64,000 nucleotides of DNA, taken from an uncultured Oscillospiraceae bacterium. Lineage in GTDB: Bacteria > Bacillota > Clostridia > Oscillospirales > Oscillospiraceae. Each line of letters starts with the position of its first letter. Within the stretch, counting starts at the first letter, position 1. The DNA lies in the NCBI GenBank assembly GCA_947627735.1, contig CANQXG010000001.1, positions 80,406 through 144,405 on the forward strand, read 5' to 3'. This document shows positions 1 through 9,982 of this stretch, in pieces. Below the pieces are notes generated by a model. The model was not told the origin of the DNA, made no database searches, and was given only the letters and a program-made list of their open reading frames with translations. The translations under genes were made by a program, and so were the position numbers.

Positions 1-2
1 TG

Positions 3-521
3 GCCCCCGGGGCCTATGGCCGGGCCGCCGACGCCCCCGACCCGGGTCTGCTGGAGGAAGGACCCGCCGAGCCGGCGGAAGAGGCTGCCGACGAGGCCAT
101 GACCGAGCTGGAGGAGGACCCCGTCCCCGAGGGTGCCCAGGAGCCGGCGGACGACACCGCCGACGATACGAATGACGCCCCCGCTGCCGAGCAGCCCGGC
201 GTCAAGGACGCCCTGGAGGACAAGGCCGCCGACGGCGAGGCGGACGGCGATGAGTTCGCCGCCCTGGCGGAGGACCCCATCCCCGGCAGCGCCCAGGCGC
301 CGGTAAAAAAGGCATCCCCCGCCGACAGGGCCATCCCGCGGGAGAGGGCCGCGGCGAAGAACAGCAGCACCGCCAAGGCCGCCGCAACGGAGCCGGAGGT
401 CCTGGACCGGAACGCGGCCATAAGCGGCGCGGCCATGACCCTGGGCCTGTATATGATCGACGCCGTCGGCTATGCCCGGCCCGCCAGTCTGGCGGCGCTG
501 TTCGTCCTGGGACGGCTGTAA
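3..521 (+). CDS. hypothetical acidic low-complexity protein, C-terminal part (5' end outside the window)
   Basis: The frame is open from the window edge to TAA at 519-521 and has strong G/C third-position bias. The sequence is D/E/A/P-rich and ends in a hydrophobic tail (AAMTLGLYMIDAVGY..LFVLGRL). No family recognised. Confidence 0.5.
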   Translation, partial: APGAYGRAADAPDPGLLEEGPAEPAEEAADEAMTELEEDPVPEGAQEPADDTADDTNDAPAAEQPGVKDALEDKAADGEADGDEFAALAEDPIPGSAQAPVKKASPADRAIPRERAAAKNSSTAKAAATEPEVLDRNAAISGAAMTLGLYMIDAVGYARPASLAALFVLGRL

Positions 522-587
522 TAATAAAGCGCCGGCAGCGGCGGCACGGCGATTTGGGGAAATGCGTTTTTTCCCCCGGGGAAACCC

Positions 588-616
588 TTGACATTTGATG
601 GCAACTGCGTTATAAT
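588..616 (+). promoter_or_regulatory. sigma-A type promoter for the tRNA operon
   Basis: Perfect TTGACA (588-593), a 17-nt spacer and TATAAT (611-616), 14 nt upstream of the first tRNA. Confidence 0.75.
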
Positions 617-629
617 GACCAAGCTGTTT

Positions 630-706
630 GGCGGCGTAGCTCAGTTGGCTAGAGCATGCGGTTCATACCCGCAGTGTCACCGGTTCGAATCCAGTCGCCG
701 CTACCA
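630..706 (+). tRNA. tRNA-Met (anticodon CAT), elongator type
   Basis: Cloverleaf read by eye: acceptor GGCGGCG/CGCCGCT, D arm GCTC-AGTTGGCTA-GAGC, anticodon loop TTCATAC, TTCGAAT T-loop, encoded CCA. It closely resembles Bacillus elongator tRNA-Met. The T stem has one C-A mismatch. Confidence 0.85.
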
Positions 707-735
707 ACGGGAGAGGTCCCCTCTCCCCCAATTAT

Positions 736-812
736 GGAGGCTTAGCTCAGCAGGTTAGAGCGCATGCTTCACACGCATGAGGTCGCGCGTTCGAGTCGCG
801 CAGTCTCCACCA
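736..812 (+). tRNA. tRNA-Val (anticodon CAC)
   Basis: Acceptor GGAGGCT/AGTCTCC, anticodon stem CATGC/GCATG with loop TTCACAC, T arm GCGCG-TTCGAGT-CGCGC, encoded CCA. Confidence 0.85.
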
Positions 813-819
813 TTTCTTT

Positions 820-893
820 GGCCCGTTGGTCAAGTGGTTAAGACACCGCCCTTTCACGGCGGTAACATGGGTTCGAGTCCCGTACGGGTCACC
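820..893 (+). tRNA. tRNA-Glu (anticodon TTC)
   Basis: GGCCCGTTGGTCAAGTGGTTAAGACA..., anticodon stem CCGCC/GGCGG with loop CTTTCAC, TTCGAGT T-loop, encoded CCA. This is typical bacterial tRNA-Glu primary sequence. Confidence 0.85.
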
Positions 894-914
894 ACGGCGG
901 AGCTCGGCTCCACC

Positions 915-950
915 GGAATAAGCCCGGCGCGAAAGCGCCGGGCTTATTCC
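915..950. terminator. bidirectional hairpin between the tRNA operon and the convergent LysR gene
   Basis: Perfect 16-bp stem ggaataagcccggcgc / gcgccgggcttattcc with a GAAA loop. There is no long U tract on either side. Confidence 0.6.
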
Positions 951-991
951 TATATCAGCGCCCTGGGTCCGGACCCAGGGGGCTTTGTTCT

Positions 992-1858
992 TTATGACAC
1001 CTCGTCCCCCAGCAGGTGGTGAACGAATTTGCTCACGGCGATGGAACCCTGCTCCTTTTTCATCCAGGCTATCCCCAGCCGCCGGTAATAGGCCGGCTCC
1101 GCCGGGCAGCCGTACAGGGCGTAGGGCGTGCGCTGGAGCACCAGCTCCGGCAGCAGCGTCACCCCCAGGCCGCTCTCCACCATGCTCATCACGGTGTAAT
1201 CGTCCTTGACGGTATACTGCCGCTTGGGCCGGATGCCCGCGTCGGCGAACATCTTCTCCACGATCTGGCTGTAGCCGGACTCCAGCAGCACGAAGGTCTC
1301 CTCCCGCAGGTCCTCCAGCTTCACGCTCCGCCCGGCCAGCCGGTGGTTGGCGGGCAGCACCACGTTCATCCGGTCCGCCAGCAGCTCCCGGAACATGAAC
1401 TCGTCCCCCTCCGGCTTGGTGGTGAAACCGATGTCCACCAGCCCGTTTCGCAGCCACTCGCAGATCTGCACCACGTCCCCCTGCAGCAGCTCAAAGTTGA
1501 TGTTGGGGTACTTCTCCCGGAAGGACTTCAAATGGGGCGGCAGCCACTGGCAGGACAGGCTGGTGAATATCCCGATGCGGATCAGGCCCGCGTTCATATT
1601 CTGCAGCTCCAAGCTCCGCTCCAGCACGTTCCGCTCCCCCACCACGATCTGGCGCATACAGGGCAGCAGATATTCCCCCTCCGCCGTCAGGCGCACGCCG
1701 CTCTTGCTCCGGGCCAGGAGCGTGACGCCCAGGTCGGTCTCCAGCGCCCGCACCAGCTGGCTCACCGCCGACTGGGTGCAGCCAAAGAAGGCCGCCGTGC
1801 GGGTCAGGCTCTTCGTTTCCACGATCTTCAAAAACACTTCGTATCTGGACGTTTTCAT
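992..1858 (-). CDS. LysR-family transcriptional regulator (288 aa)
   Basis: N-terminal wHTH MKTSRYEVFLKIVETKSLTRTAAFFGCTQSAVSQLVRALE followed by a LysR substrate-binding fold. The second ATG (1858) was chosen because GAGGT lies 6 nt upstream. Confidence 0.85.
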   Translation of the reverse strand: MKTSRYEVFLKIVETKSLTRTAAFFGCTQSAVSQLVRALETDLGVTLLARSKSGVRLTAEGEYLLPCMRQIVVGERNVLERSLELQNMNAGLIRIGIFTSLSCQWLPPHLKSFREKYPNINFELLQGDVVQICEWLRNGLVDIGFTTKPEGDEFMFRELLADRMNVVLPANHRLAGRSVKLEDLREETFVLLESGYSQIVEKMFADAGIRPKRQYTVKDDYTVMSMVESGLGVTLLPELVLQRTPYALYGCPAEPAYYRRLGIAWMKKEQGSIAVSKFVHHLLGDEVS

Positions 1859-1868
1859 CTCATACCTC

Positions 1869-1883
1869 ATTAGACGCGCTAAT
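1869..1883. promoter_or_regulatory. LysR-type T-N11-A palindromic box
   Basis: ATTAGACGCGCTAAT is a perfect ATTAG-N5-CTAAT dyad immediately upstream of the LysR start, in the divergent intergenic region. Confidence 0.45.
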
Positions 1884-2032
1884 TTCCAGACTTACGAACA
1901 CTTACCTCGTTCATATTATATACTTCCAAATTTCATAGGACAAGTGTTTTCTGCGCATTTGTATCAAAAAATCTTTTGTCAAACTCATAGACGGCCCGTT
2001 TGGGGAGATACTTTCTGTGAGGTGATCTAACA

Positions 2033-2206
2033 ATGACGACAAAAGAACTGCTGTACGTGGACGACGCCCTGTCCCACGCCATGTTCCTGGTGACCCAGTG
2101 CCAGGACGCGGCCAACACCCTGCAGGACGCCGCCCTCAAGCTCCAGGCCCAGCAGATGGCCGACCGCCACCGCCAGGTCTACCGGAAATTCTACGACCTC
2201 GTGTAA
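2033..2206 (+). CDS. small helical protein (57 aa), partner of the CotF-like gene
   Basis: The ORF is below the track cutoff and was translated by hand: MTTKELLYVDDALSHAMFLVTQCQDAANTLQDAALKLQAQQMADRHRQVYRKFYDLV. GAGGTG RBS, good codon bias, 12 nt upstream of the next gene. Confidence 0.55.
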   Translation: MTTKELLYVDDALSHAMFLVTQCQDAANTLQDAALKLQAQQMADRHRQVYRKFYDLV

Positions 2207-2218
2207 GGAGAGAGAAAT

Positions 2219-2467
2219 ATGGACGACAAATGCATCATGGAGAATCTTCTTCTCACCACCAAGGGCGTCATCGACCTGTATATGCACGGCGCCATCGAGT
2301 CCAGCACCGCCAATGTGCACCAGGCCTTCTCCAGCGCCTTTGACGACACCCTATCCATGCAGGACAACATCTACAAGCAGATGACCGCCAAGGGCTGGTA
2401 CCGGGCCCAGAACGCCCCCCAGCAGCAGCTGAGCCAGACGAAGCAGAAATACAGCCCCACCTGTTGA
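2219..2467 (+). CDS. spore coat protein, CotF (Coat_F) family (82 aa)
   Basis: MENLLLTTKGVIDLYMHGAIESSTANVHQAFSSAFDDTLSMQDNIYKQM matches the Coat_F pattern. AAGGAG RBS. Confidence 0.7.
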   Translation: MDDKCIMENLLLTTKGVIDLYMHGAIESSTANVHQAFSSAFDDTLSMQDNIYKQMTAKGWYRAQNAPQQQLSQTKQKYSPTC

Positions 2468-2474
2468 AAACACG

Positions 2475-2510
2475 GGAGCATGGCCCAGGGCCATGCTCCT
2501 GCTTATTTTT
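2475..2510. terminator. bidirectional intrinsic terminator
   Basis: Stem ggagcatggcc / ggccatgctcc (2475-2499) followed by tgcttattttt, between convergent genes. Confidence 0.65.
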
Positions 2511-3255
2511 CATCGAAAAAGGCCGCCACCCGGTCGTTGAAGTCTCTCGCCTCCTCGTAGGCGGAGTGGCCTAGCTCGTCGTACATATAGATCTCGCAGC
2601 CCAGCTTCGCCGCGATCTCCTCCGAGGCGGCGCCGGTGAGCACCTTGTCCCGCCGGCCTCCCAGCACCAGCACGGGGCAGCGCAGCCCCTCCAGCCGGTC
2701 ATAGGCGCCGCAGGTGAGGCAGGCGCGGGTGAGCACGGCGAACCGCTCCAGGTCCACCCTGTCCCCCGCCCGGGACACCAGGGGCAGCAGTCGGCCAAAA
2801 CGGCGCAGATACTCCTCCGAGTACATCCGCTCCATCACGTCCGCCACCAGGCCATCGTAGTCCCCCGCCTTGGCCAGGGCCTCCCACCGGCCCACCGCCT
2901 GCCGCAGGGCGTCGTTGGGCCGGGCGGCGGTCACCGCCAGGGCCAGCTTTCCCACCAGCTCAGGCCGGTCCAGGGCCAGGTCCAGGGCGATCATGCCCCC
3001 CTGGGACACGCCCAGCACATCCGCCCCCGCCAGGCCCAGGCTGTCCATGGCCTCCGCGGTATCCGCGGCCATGGCCCGGACGGTATACCCCGCCGGGGCC
3101 GGGTCCAGCCGGTCGAGGATATACACCGTGTACTCGGCGGCGAAGCGCCGGTACATGCGCCCCATGGCGTAGGCCATCTCCCGGATGGGCCGCAGCCTCA
3201 GCCCGGGGATGAGCACCATGGTCCGGCTCCCCGCGCCGAAGCGGACGCAGTCCAT
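2503..3255 (-). CDS. alpha/beta-fold hydrolase (250 aa)
   Basis: VLIPGL oxyanion region, nucleophile elbow GVSQGG and a C-terminal ELGHSAYEE His motif. The ATG at 3255 has a GAGGGG RBS. A GTG at 3297, 4 nt after the proA stop, cannot be excluded. Confidence 0.75.
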   Translation of the reverse strand: MDCVRFGAGSRTMVLIPGLRLRPIREMAYAMGRMYRRFAAEYTVYILDRLDPAPAGYTVRAMAADTAEAMDSLGLAGADVLGVSQGGMIALDLALDRPELVGKLALAVTAARPNDALRQAVGRWEALAKAGDYDGLVADVMERMYSEEYLRRFGRLLPLVSRAGDRVDLERFAVLTRACLTCGAYDRLEGLRCPVLVLGGRRDKVLTGAASEEIAAKLGCEIYMYDELGHSAYEEARDFNDRVAAFFDEK

Positions 3256-3301
3256 GGTCCCGCCCCTCAGGGGCAGGGACGATACCGTCACCTCCACGGC
3301 G

Positions 3302-4561
3302 TCAGCGGATGTGGCCGTCGCCGCGGACGATGTATTTATAGGAGCACAGCTCCTCCAGGCCCATGGGGCCACGGGCGTGGAGCTTCTGGGTGGAGATGCC
3401 CATCTCGCAGCCCAGGCCGAACTCGCCGCCGTCGGTGAACCGGGTGGAGGCGTTCACGTACACCGCCGCGCTGTCCACGCTGCGGGTGAAAAGCTCCGCC
3501 GCCGCGGCGTCCTCGGTGACGATGGCGTCGGAGTGGCCGGTGGAGTGCGCGGCGATGTGGTCGATGGCCGCGTGCACGTCGTCCACCACCGCCACCGCCA
3601 GGATGTAGTCGAGAAACTCCCTGTCGAAGTCCCCCTCCCCCGCGGCTGTGCCGGGGATGATGGCCGCGGCGCGTTCATCCAGCCGCAGCTCCACGGGGCG
3701 CTTGCCCGCAGCGGCCCTGTCGTCCACCAGCCGCTTTTTCAGCATGGGCAGAAACACATCCGCCACGGCCCGGTGCACCAGCAGCACCTCCTCGGCGTTG
3801 CACACGCTGGGCCGGCTGGTCTTGGCGTTTTCCACGATGGCCAGGGCCTTTTCCAGATCCGCCGCCGCGTCCACGTACACGTGGCATATGCCGGTGCCCG
3901 TCTGGATACAGGGGACGGTGGCGTTGTCCACGCAGGCCCGGATCAGCCCCGCGCCGCCCCGGGGGATCAGCAGGTCGATCAGGCCGCTGGCGGTCATCAG
4001 CTCCCGGGCGCTGTCCCGGGAGGTGTCCTCCACCAGGCTCACCGACTCCTCCGGCAGGCCGGCTTCTGCCAGGCCCTCCCGCAGGGCGCGGACGATGGCG
4101 CTGCAGCTGCGCCAGGCCTCCTTGCCGCACCGCAGCACGCACACGTTCCCGCTCATCACCGTCAGCGCCGCCGCGTCGGCGGTCACGTTGGGCCGGCTCT
4201 CATAGATGATGGCCACCACCCCCAGAGGCACGCTCACCCGCTGGATGACAAGCCCGTCGGGCCGCTCCGTCCGGCGCAGCACCCGGCCCACCGGGTCGGG
4301 CAGGGCCGCCGCCTGGAGCATGCCGTCGGCCATGGCGTCCACCCGGTCCTTATTCAGGGCCAGCCGGTCCAGCATCACCTCCGGCATGGTCCCCCGGGCC
4401 GCCTCCATATCCTGGCCGTTGGCCGCCAGGATGTCCTCCGTATGGGCCAGCAGGCGCCGGGCCATACACCGCAGCGCCTCCGCCTTCCGCTCGCCCCCGG
4501 CATTGGCCAGGGCCTCCCTGGCGGTCTGGGCCGCCAGGAGCATATCATGGGTCGTCATCAT
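3302..4561 (-). CDS. proA: gamma-glutamyl phosphate reductase (419 aa)
   Basis: Colinear with ProA (IYESRPNVTADAAAL, SRPSVCNAEEVLLVH, HSTGHSDAIVT, STRFTDGGEFGLG). The start ATGATG overlaps the proB stop (ATGA). Confidence 0.95.
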   Translation of the reverse strand: MMTTHDMLLAAQTAREALANAGGERKAEALRCMARRLLAHTEDILAANGQDMEAARGTMPEVMLDRLALNKDRVDAMADGMLQAAALPDPVGRVLRRTERPDGLVIQRVSVPLGVVAIIYESRPNVTADAAALTVMSGNVCVLRCGKEAWRSCSAIVRALREGLAEAGLPEESVSLVEDTSRDSARELMTASGLIDLLIPRGGAGLIRACVDNATVPCIQTGTGICHVYVDAAADLEKALAIVENAKTSRPSVCNAEEVLLVHRAVADVFLPMLKKRLVDDRAAAGKRPVELRLDERAAAIIPGTAAGEGDFDREFLDYILAVAVVDDVHAAIDHIAAHSTGHSDAIVTEDAAAAELFTRSVDSAAVYVNASTRFTDGGEFGLGCEMGISTQKLHARGPMGLEELCSYKYIVRGDGHIR

Positions 4562-5349
4562 CTGTCCCCTCCCTGCTCCGCCTTGGGGCGGAAATATGTG
4601 CCGGCCATGTCCTGCCCGTCCAGAAGGGCGTACAGCGCCTCCGGCCGGCTGCCGTTGGCGATGACCAGGCCGATGCCCGCCGCCAGGGTCATTTTGGCCG
4701 CGTGCAGCTTCGTCTTCATGCCCCCCACGGCCAGGCCGCTGCCGGACCCCGCCGCCATGGCCTCCAGCGCCGGGGAGATCTCCCCGTCCACGACGCGGAT
4801 GAGCCGGGCGTCCGGGTCCACCCGGGGGTCGGCGGAGTAAAGCCCGTCGATGTCGCTGAGCAGCACCACCAGGTCCGCCCCGATGGCGCAGCCCACGATG
4901 GCCGCCAGGGTGTCGTTGTCCCCCACGGCGATCTCCTCGGTGGAAACGGTGTCGTTCTCGTTGATGATGGGCAGCACCCCCATCGCCAGCAGCCGGGACA
5001 TGGTGTTCACAAAGTGCTCCCGGCGGGCGTCGTCCTCCACGTCGCTGCCGGTGAGCAGCACCTGGGCCACGGTGTGGTTGTACTCGGAAAAAAGCTTGTC
5101 GTAGGTGTACATCAGCTCGCACTGGCCCACGGCGGCAGCCGCCTGCTTGCCCGGCATGTCCTCCGGACGGCGGTCCAGGCCCAGCTTCCCCACGCCCATG
5201 GCGATGGCCCCCGAGGACACCAGCACGATCCTGTGCCCCGCGTTTTTCAGATCGCTCAGCACCTTCACCAGTTTTTCCATGTGCCGTATGTTCAGATTGC
5301 CCGTGGGATAGGTGATGTTGGAGGTGCCCAGCTTGATTACAACAGTCAT
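4558..5349 (-). CDS. proB: glutamate 5-kinase, short form without PUA domain (263 aa)
   Basis: MTVVIKLGTSNITYPTG..., VLVSSGAIAMG and NENDTVSTEEI motifs of the amino-acid kinase family. The upstream part of the 299-aa ORF is non-coding leader. Confidence 0.9.
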   Translation of the reverse strand: MTVVIKLGTSNITYPTGNLNIRHMEKLVKVLSDLKNAGHRIVLVSSGAIAMGVGKLGLDRRPEDMPGKQAAAAVGQCELMYTYDKLFSEYNHTVAQVLLTGSDVEDDARREHFVNTMSRLLAMGVLPIINENDTVSTEEIAVGDNDTLAAIVGCAIGADLVVLLSDIDGLYSADPRVDPDARLIRVVDGEISPALEAMAAGSGSGLAVGGMKTKLHAAKMTLAAGIGLVIANGSRPEALYALLDGQDMAGTYFRPKAEQGGDR

Positions 5350-5428
5350 ATCGTCGTTCACGCCCTTTATGTAAACAGTACGGGACCCTTTCGTCAAAAT
5401 GACGGCGGGGCGCCCTTGACTTTGCCAC

Positions 5429-5457
5429 AGTATAACACGAAAGCGCCCCGAGCGCAA
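5429..5457 (-). promoter_or_regulatory. putative sigma-A promoter of proBA
   Basis: On the minus strand: TTGCGC, a 17-nt spacer and TATACT, about 80 nt upstream of the proB ATG. Confidence 0.5.
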
Positions 5458-5466
5458 TACGATATG

Positions 5467-5499
5467 GAAAAACGCGGCGGGTGTTCCCGCCGCGCTTTT
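5467..5499 (-). terminator. intrinsic terminator after the M23 peptidase gene
   Basis: Stem cgcggcggg / cccgccgcg with a tgtt loop, flanked by an A run and a T run, so it is functional in both directions. Confidence 0.7.
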
Positions 5500-5506
5500 C
5501 CTCCCC

Positions 5507-6271
5507 TCAGGGCATGACGTCCTGGGGCAGATATTCCATGGGGTCGGCGCTCAGGCCGTCTTTGGTCATGGCGAAGTGGAGGTGGCTGACCTGGTTCACC
5601 TCGCCCAGGGCCGTGGTGCCCACGGAGCCGATGACCTGGCCCATGGTGACCACCTGGCCCTCCGACACAGGGGGCCGGTCCGCCAGATTGGCGTAGATGG
5701 AGTGGGTGCCGTTGCCGTGGTCGATCTCCACGGTGGTGCCCAGCATGTCGTCGCCGGACACCCGCACCACCGTGCCGCCGGCGGCGGCCAGCACCTGCTC
5801 GCCCGTGGCGCAGGCCACGTCGATGCCGTCATGGGTGCGCCAGTCCGCCATGGTGCTGTCATACATCAGCTCCTGCACGGAGTAGGGCACCTGCACCTTC
5901 CCCGCCACCGGCCAGACGTAGCTGGTCACGGTTTCGGCGAACACCTCCTGGGCGGGAGGCTCCTGCTGGGGCGCGGCGACGTTCTCCTCTTCCCCGCTGT
6001 CCGCGACCTCCTCCGGGGCCACCGCCTCGGGGGCGGGCTGGGCGTCCGGCTCGGTGCGCATGGCCTCGTCTGCCGGGATCATGGTGACGAACGCCCCGGA
6101 CACGTCCACCACCGGTTCCTCTGCCATTGTGTCTTCTACATTAGTCCCCGCGTCGGCGAGCATGATCCAAAAGGAGGTCACGATCACCGCCGCGCACAGG
6201 AAAAGGACTATGTAGAAGCCCTTTCCCCCCAGGGACCCGGCTCTGGCGCCGGACCCGTGCTTGTTTTCCAT
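5507..6271 (-). CDS. M23/LytM-family metallopeptidase with N-terminal membrane anchor (254 aa)
   Basis: TM segment GFYIVLFLCAAVIVTSFWIML. C-terminal M23 motifs HDGIDVA, IDHGNGTHSIYANL and SHLHFAM. GGAGGG RBS. Confidence 0.85.
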   Translation of the reverse strand: MENKHGSGARAGSLGGKGFYIVLFLCAAVIVTSFWIMLADAGTNVEDTMAEEPVVDVSGAFVTMIPADEAMRTEPDAQPAPEAVAPEEVADSGEEENVAAPQQEPPAQEVFAETVTSYVWPVAGKVQVPYSVQELMYDSTMADWRTHDGIDVACATGEQVLAAAGGTVVRVSGDDMLGTTVEIDHGNGTHSIYANLADRPPVSEGQVVTMGQVIGSVGTTALGEVNQVSHLHFAMTKDGLSADPMEYLPQDVMP

Positions 6272-6365
6272 TTGTTTTGACCCTCCAAAAAAATTGGTGT
6301 TTCCGAAGGCTATTGTTGCCCTGGAAACACCAATTTATACAGCTTTTGGGTCAGCGCGGAGAAAC

Positions 6366-7667
<1,302 letters not shown>

Positions 7668-7689
7668 CTAAAAAATAGTATTGTTTCCC

Positions 7690-9210
7690 TCAGCCGATCA
7701 GGCAGGAGCCTGTCATGGCCGCGGGCTGTGTCAGGCCCATCAGGTGTAGCATGGTGGGCGCGATGTCCGCCAGCCGTCCGTCGGAAAGCTTCACGTCCCC
7801 CGCCCCGCACAGGATGAAGGGCACGGGGTTGGTGGTATGGGCGGTGTGGGGCGTGCCGTCCTCGGCGCGCATCTTGTCGGCGTTGCCGTGGTCGGCGGTG
7901 ACCAGCAGCACGCCGCCCATCTTCTCCACGGCCTGCCAGACCTTGCCCACGCAGGCGTCCACGGTCTCCACCGCCTTCACCGCCGCCTCCATGACGCCGG
8001 TGTGGCCCACCATGTCGCAGTTGGCCAGGTTCATGATGACCGTGTCGTACGCACCGGATTCGATGCGCTCCACCGCCTTGGCGGTGACCTCCTCGGCGCT
8101 CATCTGGGGGATCAGGTCATAGGTGGGGAACTGCTTGGGCGACTCCACCAGCACCCGGTCCTCCCCGGGATAGGTGTGCTCCACGCCGCCGTTGAAGAAG
8201 AACGTCACATGGGCGTATTTCTCCGTTTCGGCGATGCGCAGCTGCTTCATGCCGGCCCGGCTGACGACCTCGCCGAAGGTGTCCTCCAGCACTTCCGGGG
8301 GGAAGGCGATGGGCAGCTCGGTCATGGCCTCGTCGTACTGGGCGGTGCAGACATAGTTCAGCGCGAAGTGGCCCTTGGGCAGCGCAAAGCCGTCGAAGTC
8401 CGGCTTCATCAGCGCCCAGGTCATCTCCCTGGCCCGGTCGGGCCGGAAGTTGGCGAAGATCACGCTGTCCCCGGCCTGGATGGTCCCGGCGGGATCGCAC
8501 ACCGCCGGCTCCATGAACTCGTCGGTGACGCCATTGGCGTAGCTGTCACCCACGGCCTTCACCGGGTCAGGCTCCTGCACGCCCTCGCCGCAGACGATGG
8601 CCCGGTAGCCCTTCTCCAGGCGCTCCCAGCGCTTGTCCCGGTCCATGCCCCAGAAGCGGCCTTGGACCGTGGCGATCTTTCCGTAACCGATATCGGCGCA
8701 GTGGTCGGCCAGCATCTGCACGTAGCCCTGGCCGGAGGAGGGCGGCACGTCGCGCCCGTCCAGGAAGCAGTGGACGTAGCACTGCTTCACGCCCCGCTTC
8801 TTCGCCATGTCCACCAGGGCGAAGATGTGCTTGATGTGGCTGTGCACGCCGCCGTCGGACAACAGGCCCATCACATGCACGGGGTGGCCGGCCTTCACAG
8901 CCGCGTCCATGGCCGCGCAGTAGGCGGGATTTTCAAAAAAGCTGCCGTCGTCCACCGCCCGGCTGATCCGGGGCAGGGGCTGGAACACCACCCGGCCTGC
9001 GCCGATGTTGGTGTGGCCCACCTCGGAGTTGCCGATCTGGCCGTCGGGCAGGCCCACGTCCTCCCCGCTGGCCTGCAGCTGGGAGTGGGGATACTTGGCG
9101 AACAGCCCGTCCAGGACCGGGGTATTGGCCACGGACACGGCGTTCCATTCCGACGCCGGGGCCAGGCCGAACCCGTCCATGATCAAAAGTACGGTCGGTT
9201 TCTTACTCAT
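7690..9210 (-). CDS. gpmI: 2,3-bisphosphoglycerate-independent phosphoglycerate mutase (506 aa)
   Basis: LLIMDGFG, GNSEVGHTNIGAGR and ADHGNAD motifs. The ATG at 9210 overlaps the tpiA stop. An alternative ATG lies at 9219. Confidence 0.93.
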   Translation of the reverse strand: MSKKPTVLLIMDGFGLAPASEWNAVSVANTPVLDGLFAKYPHSQLQASGEDVGLPDGQIGNSEVGHTNIGAGRVVFQPLPRISRAVDDGSFFENPAYCAAMDAAVKAGHPVHVMGLLSDGGVHSHIKHIFALVDMAKKRGVKQCYVHCFLDGRDVPPSSGQGYVQMLADHCADIGYGKIATVQGRFWGMDRDKRWERLEKGYRAIVCGEGVQEPDPVKAVGDSYANGVTDEFMEPAVCDPAGTIQAGDSVIFANFRPDRAREMTWALMKPDFDGFALPKGHFALNYVCTAQYDEAMTELPIAFPPEVLEDTFGEVVSRAGMKQLRIAETEKYAHVTFFFNGGVEHTYPGEDRVLVESPKQFPTYDLIPQMSAEEVTAKAVERIESGAYDTVIMNLANCDMVGHTGVMEAAVKAVETVDACVGKVWQAVEKMGGVLLVTADHGNADKMRAEDGTPHTAHTTNPVPFILCGAGDVKLSDGRLADIAPTMLHLMGLTQPAAMTGSCLIG

Positions 9211-9970
9211 TGGCAGCACCGATGATGTCCGCGAACTCCGGCTTCAGGCTGGCGCCGCCGATCAGGCCGCCGTCGATGTCCGGCTGGGCCAGCAGCTCCT
9301 TGGCGTTCTTGCCGTTCATGCTGCCGCCGTAGAGGATCTGCACGCCCTTGGCCAGCTCCTCCCCGTACAGCTTGCCCAGCACGCCGCGGATATAGCCGCA
9401 GACCTCCTGGGCCTGCTCCGCGGTGGCGGTGCGGCCCGTGCCGATGGCCCAGATAGGCTCATAGGCGATAACGACCTTCTTCATCTCCTCGGGGCCGATG
9501 CCCTCCAGGCCGCCCTTGATCTGGCTCTCCACGAAGGAGAGGGTCACGCCCGCGTCCCGCTGCTCCAGGCTCTCGCCGCAGCACATGATGGGGGTGATGC
9601 CCGCGCCCAGCAGGGCCTTCAGCTTCTCATTCACCAGCCCGTCGCTCTCGCCGTGATAGGCCCGGCGCTCGCTGTGGCCGATGATGCAGTAGTCCACGCC
9701 CAGGTCCGCCAGCTGCGCGGCGGACACCTCGCCGGTGTAAGCGCCCTTGTCATGGCTGGACACGTCCTGGGCGCCCACCTTCACCTGGCTGCCGGCCAGG
9801 GCCGCCTTCACGGCGGGGATCAGGGGGAAGGGCACGCACAGCGCCGAGGACACGCCCTCGGCCAGCTTCGCGCCAGGCTCCAGGCCCTGCCAGTAGGCAG
9901 GGACCTGAGAGGCCAGCATATTCATCTTCCAGTTGCCCGCGATCAGGGCATTGCGGTTTTTCTTATCCAT
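9203..9970 (-). CDS. tpiA: triosephosphate isomerase (255 aa)
   Basis: IAGNWKMN, IIGHSERR, AYEPIWAIGTG and YGGSMN motifs. Confidence 0.96.
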   Translation of the reverse strand: MDKKNRNALIAGNWKMNMLASQVPAYWQGLEPGAKLAEGVSSALCVPFPLIPAVKAALAGSQVKVGAQDVSSHDKGAYTGEVSAAQLADLGVDYCIIGHSERRAYHGESDGLVNEKLKALLGAGITPIMCCGESLEQRDAGVTLSFVESQIKGGLEGIGPEEMKKVVIAYEPIWAIGTGRTATAEQAQEVCGYIRGVLGKLYGEELAKGVQILYGGSMNGKNAKELLAQPDIDGGLIGGASLKPEFADIIGAANE

Positions 9971-9982
9971 GGAAAGCGCTCC

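Noticed and set aside
630-706. Initiator tRNA-fMet or tRNA-Ile2 (lysidine) instead of elongator tRNA-Met
   Set aside because: Positions 1 and 72 pair (G-U) rather than showing the C-A mismatch of initiators. The anticodon stem lacks the three consecutive G-C pairs. The sequence closely resembles Bacillus elongator tRNA-Met. tRNA-Ile2 cannot be completely excluded without a classifier.
777-1022. 81-aa ORF on the plus strand
   Set aside because: It runs through the tRNA-Val and tRNA-Glu genes and the terminator hairpin, so it is not a plausible coding sequence.
3185-4840. 551-aa plus-strand ORF rich in Arg/Gly/His/Pro
   Set aside because: It lies antisense to the clearly recognisable proA and proB genes. 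Its composition is typical of a GC-driven shadow frame, and it has no RBS or family resemblance.
3302-5428. 708-aa ORF suggesting a single fused ProB-ProA-like protein
   Set aside because: Only the C-terminal 419 codons (from ATGATG at 4561) match ProA. The upstream part is an out-of-frame read-through across proB, which is encoded in a different frame (4558-5349).
5350-5460. T-box or other riboswitch in the proBA leader
   Set aside because: The leader is only about 80 nt from the putative -10 to the ATG, too short for a T-box. Only a weak 5-bp hairpin is present.
5507-6271. SpoIIQ assignment for the M23 peptidase
   Set aside because: The membrane-anchored LytM architecture is compatible. 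However, the context (next to eno and proBA) and the sequence alone do not distinguish it from ordinary M23 peptidases.
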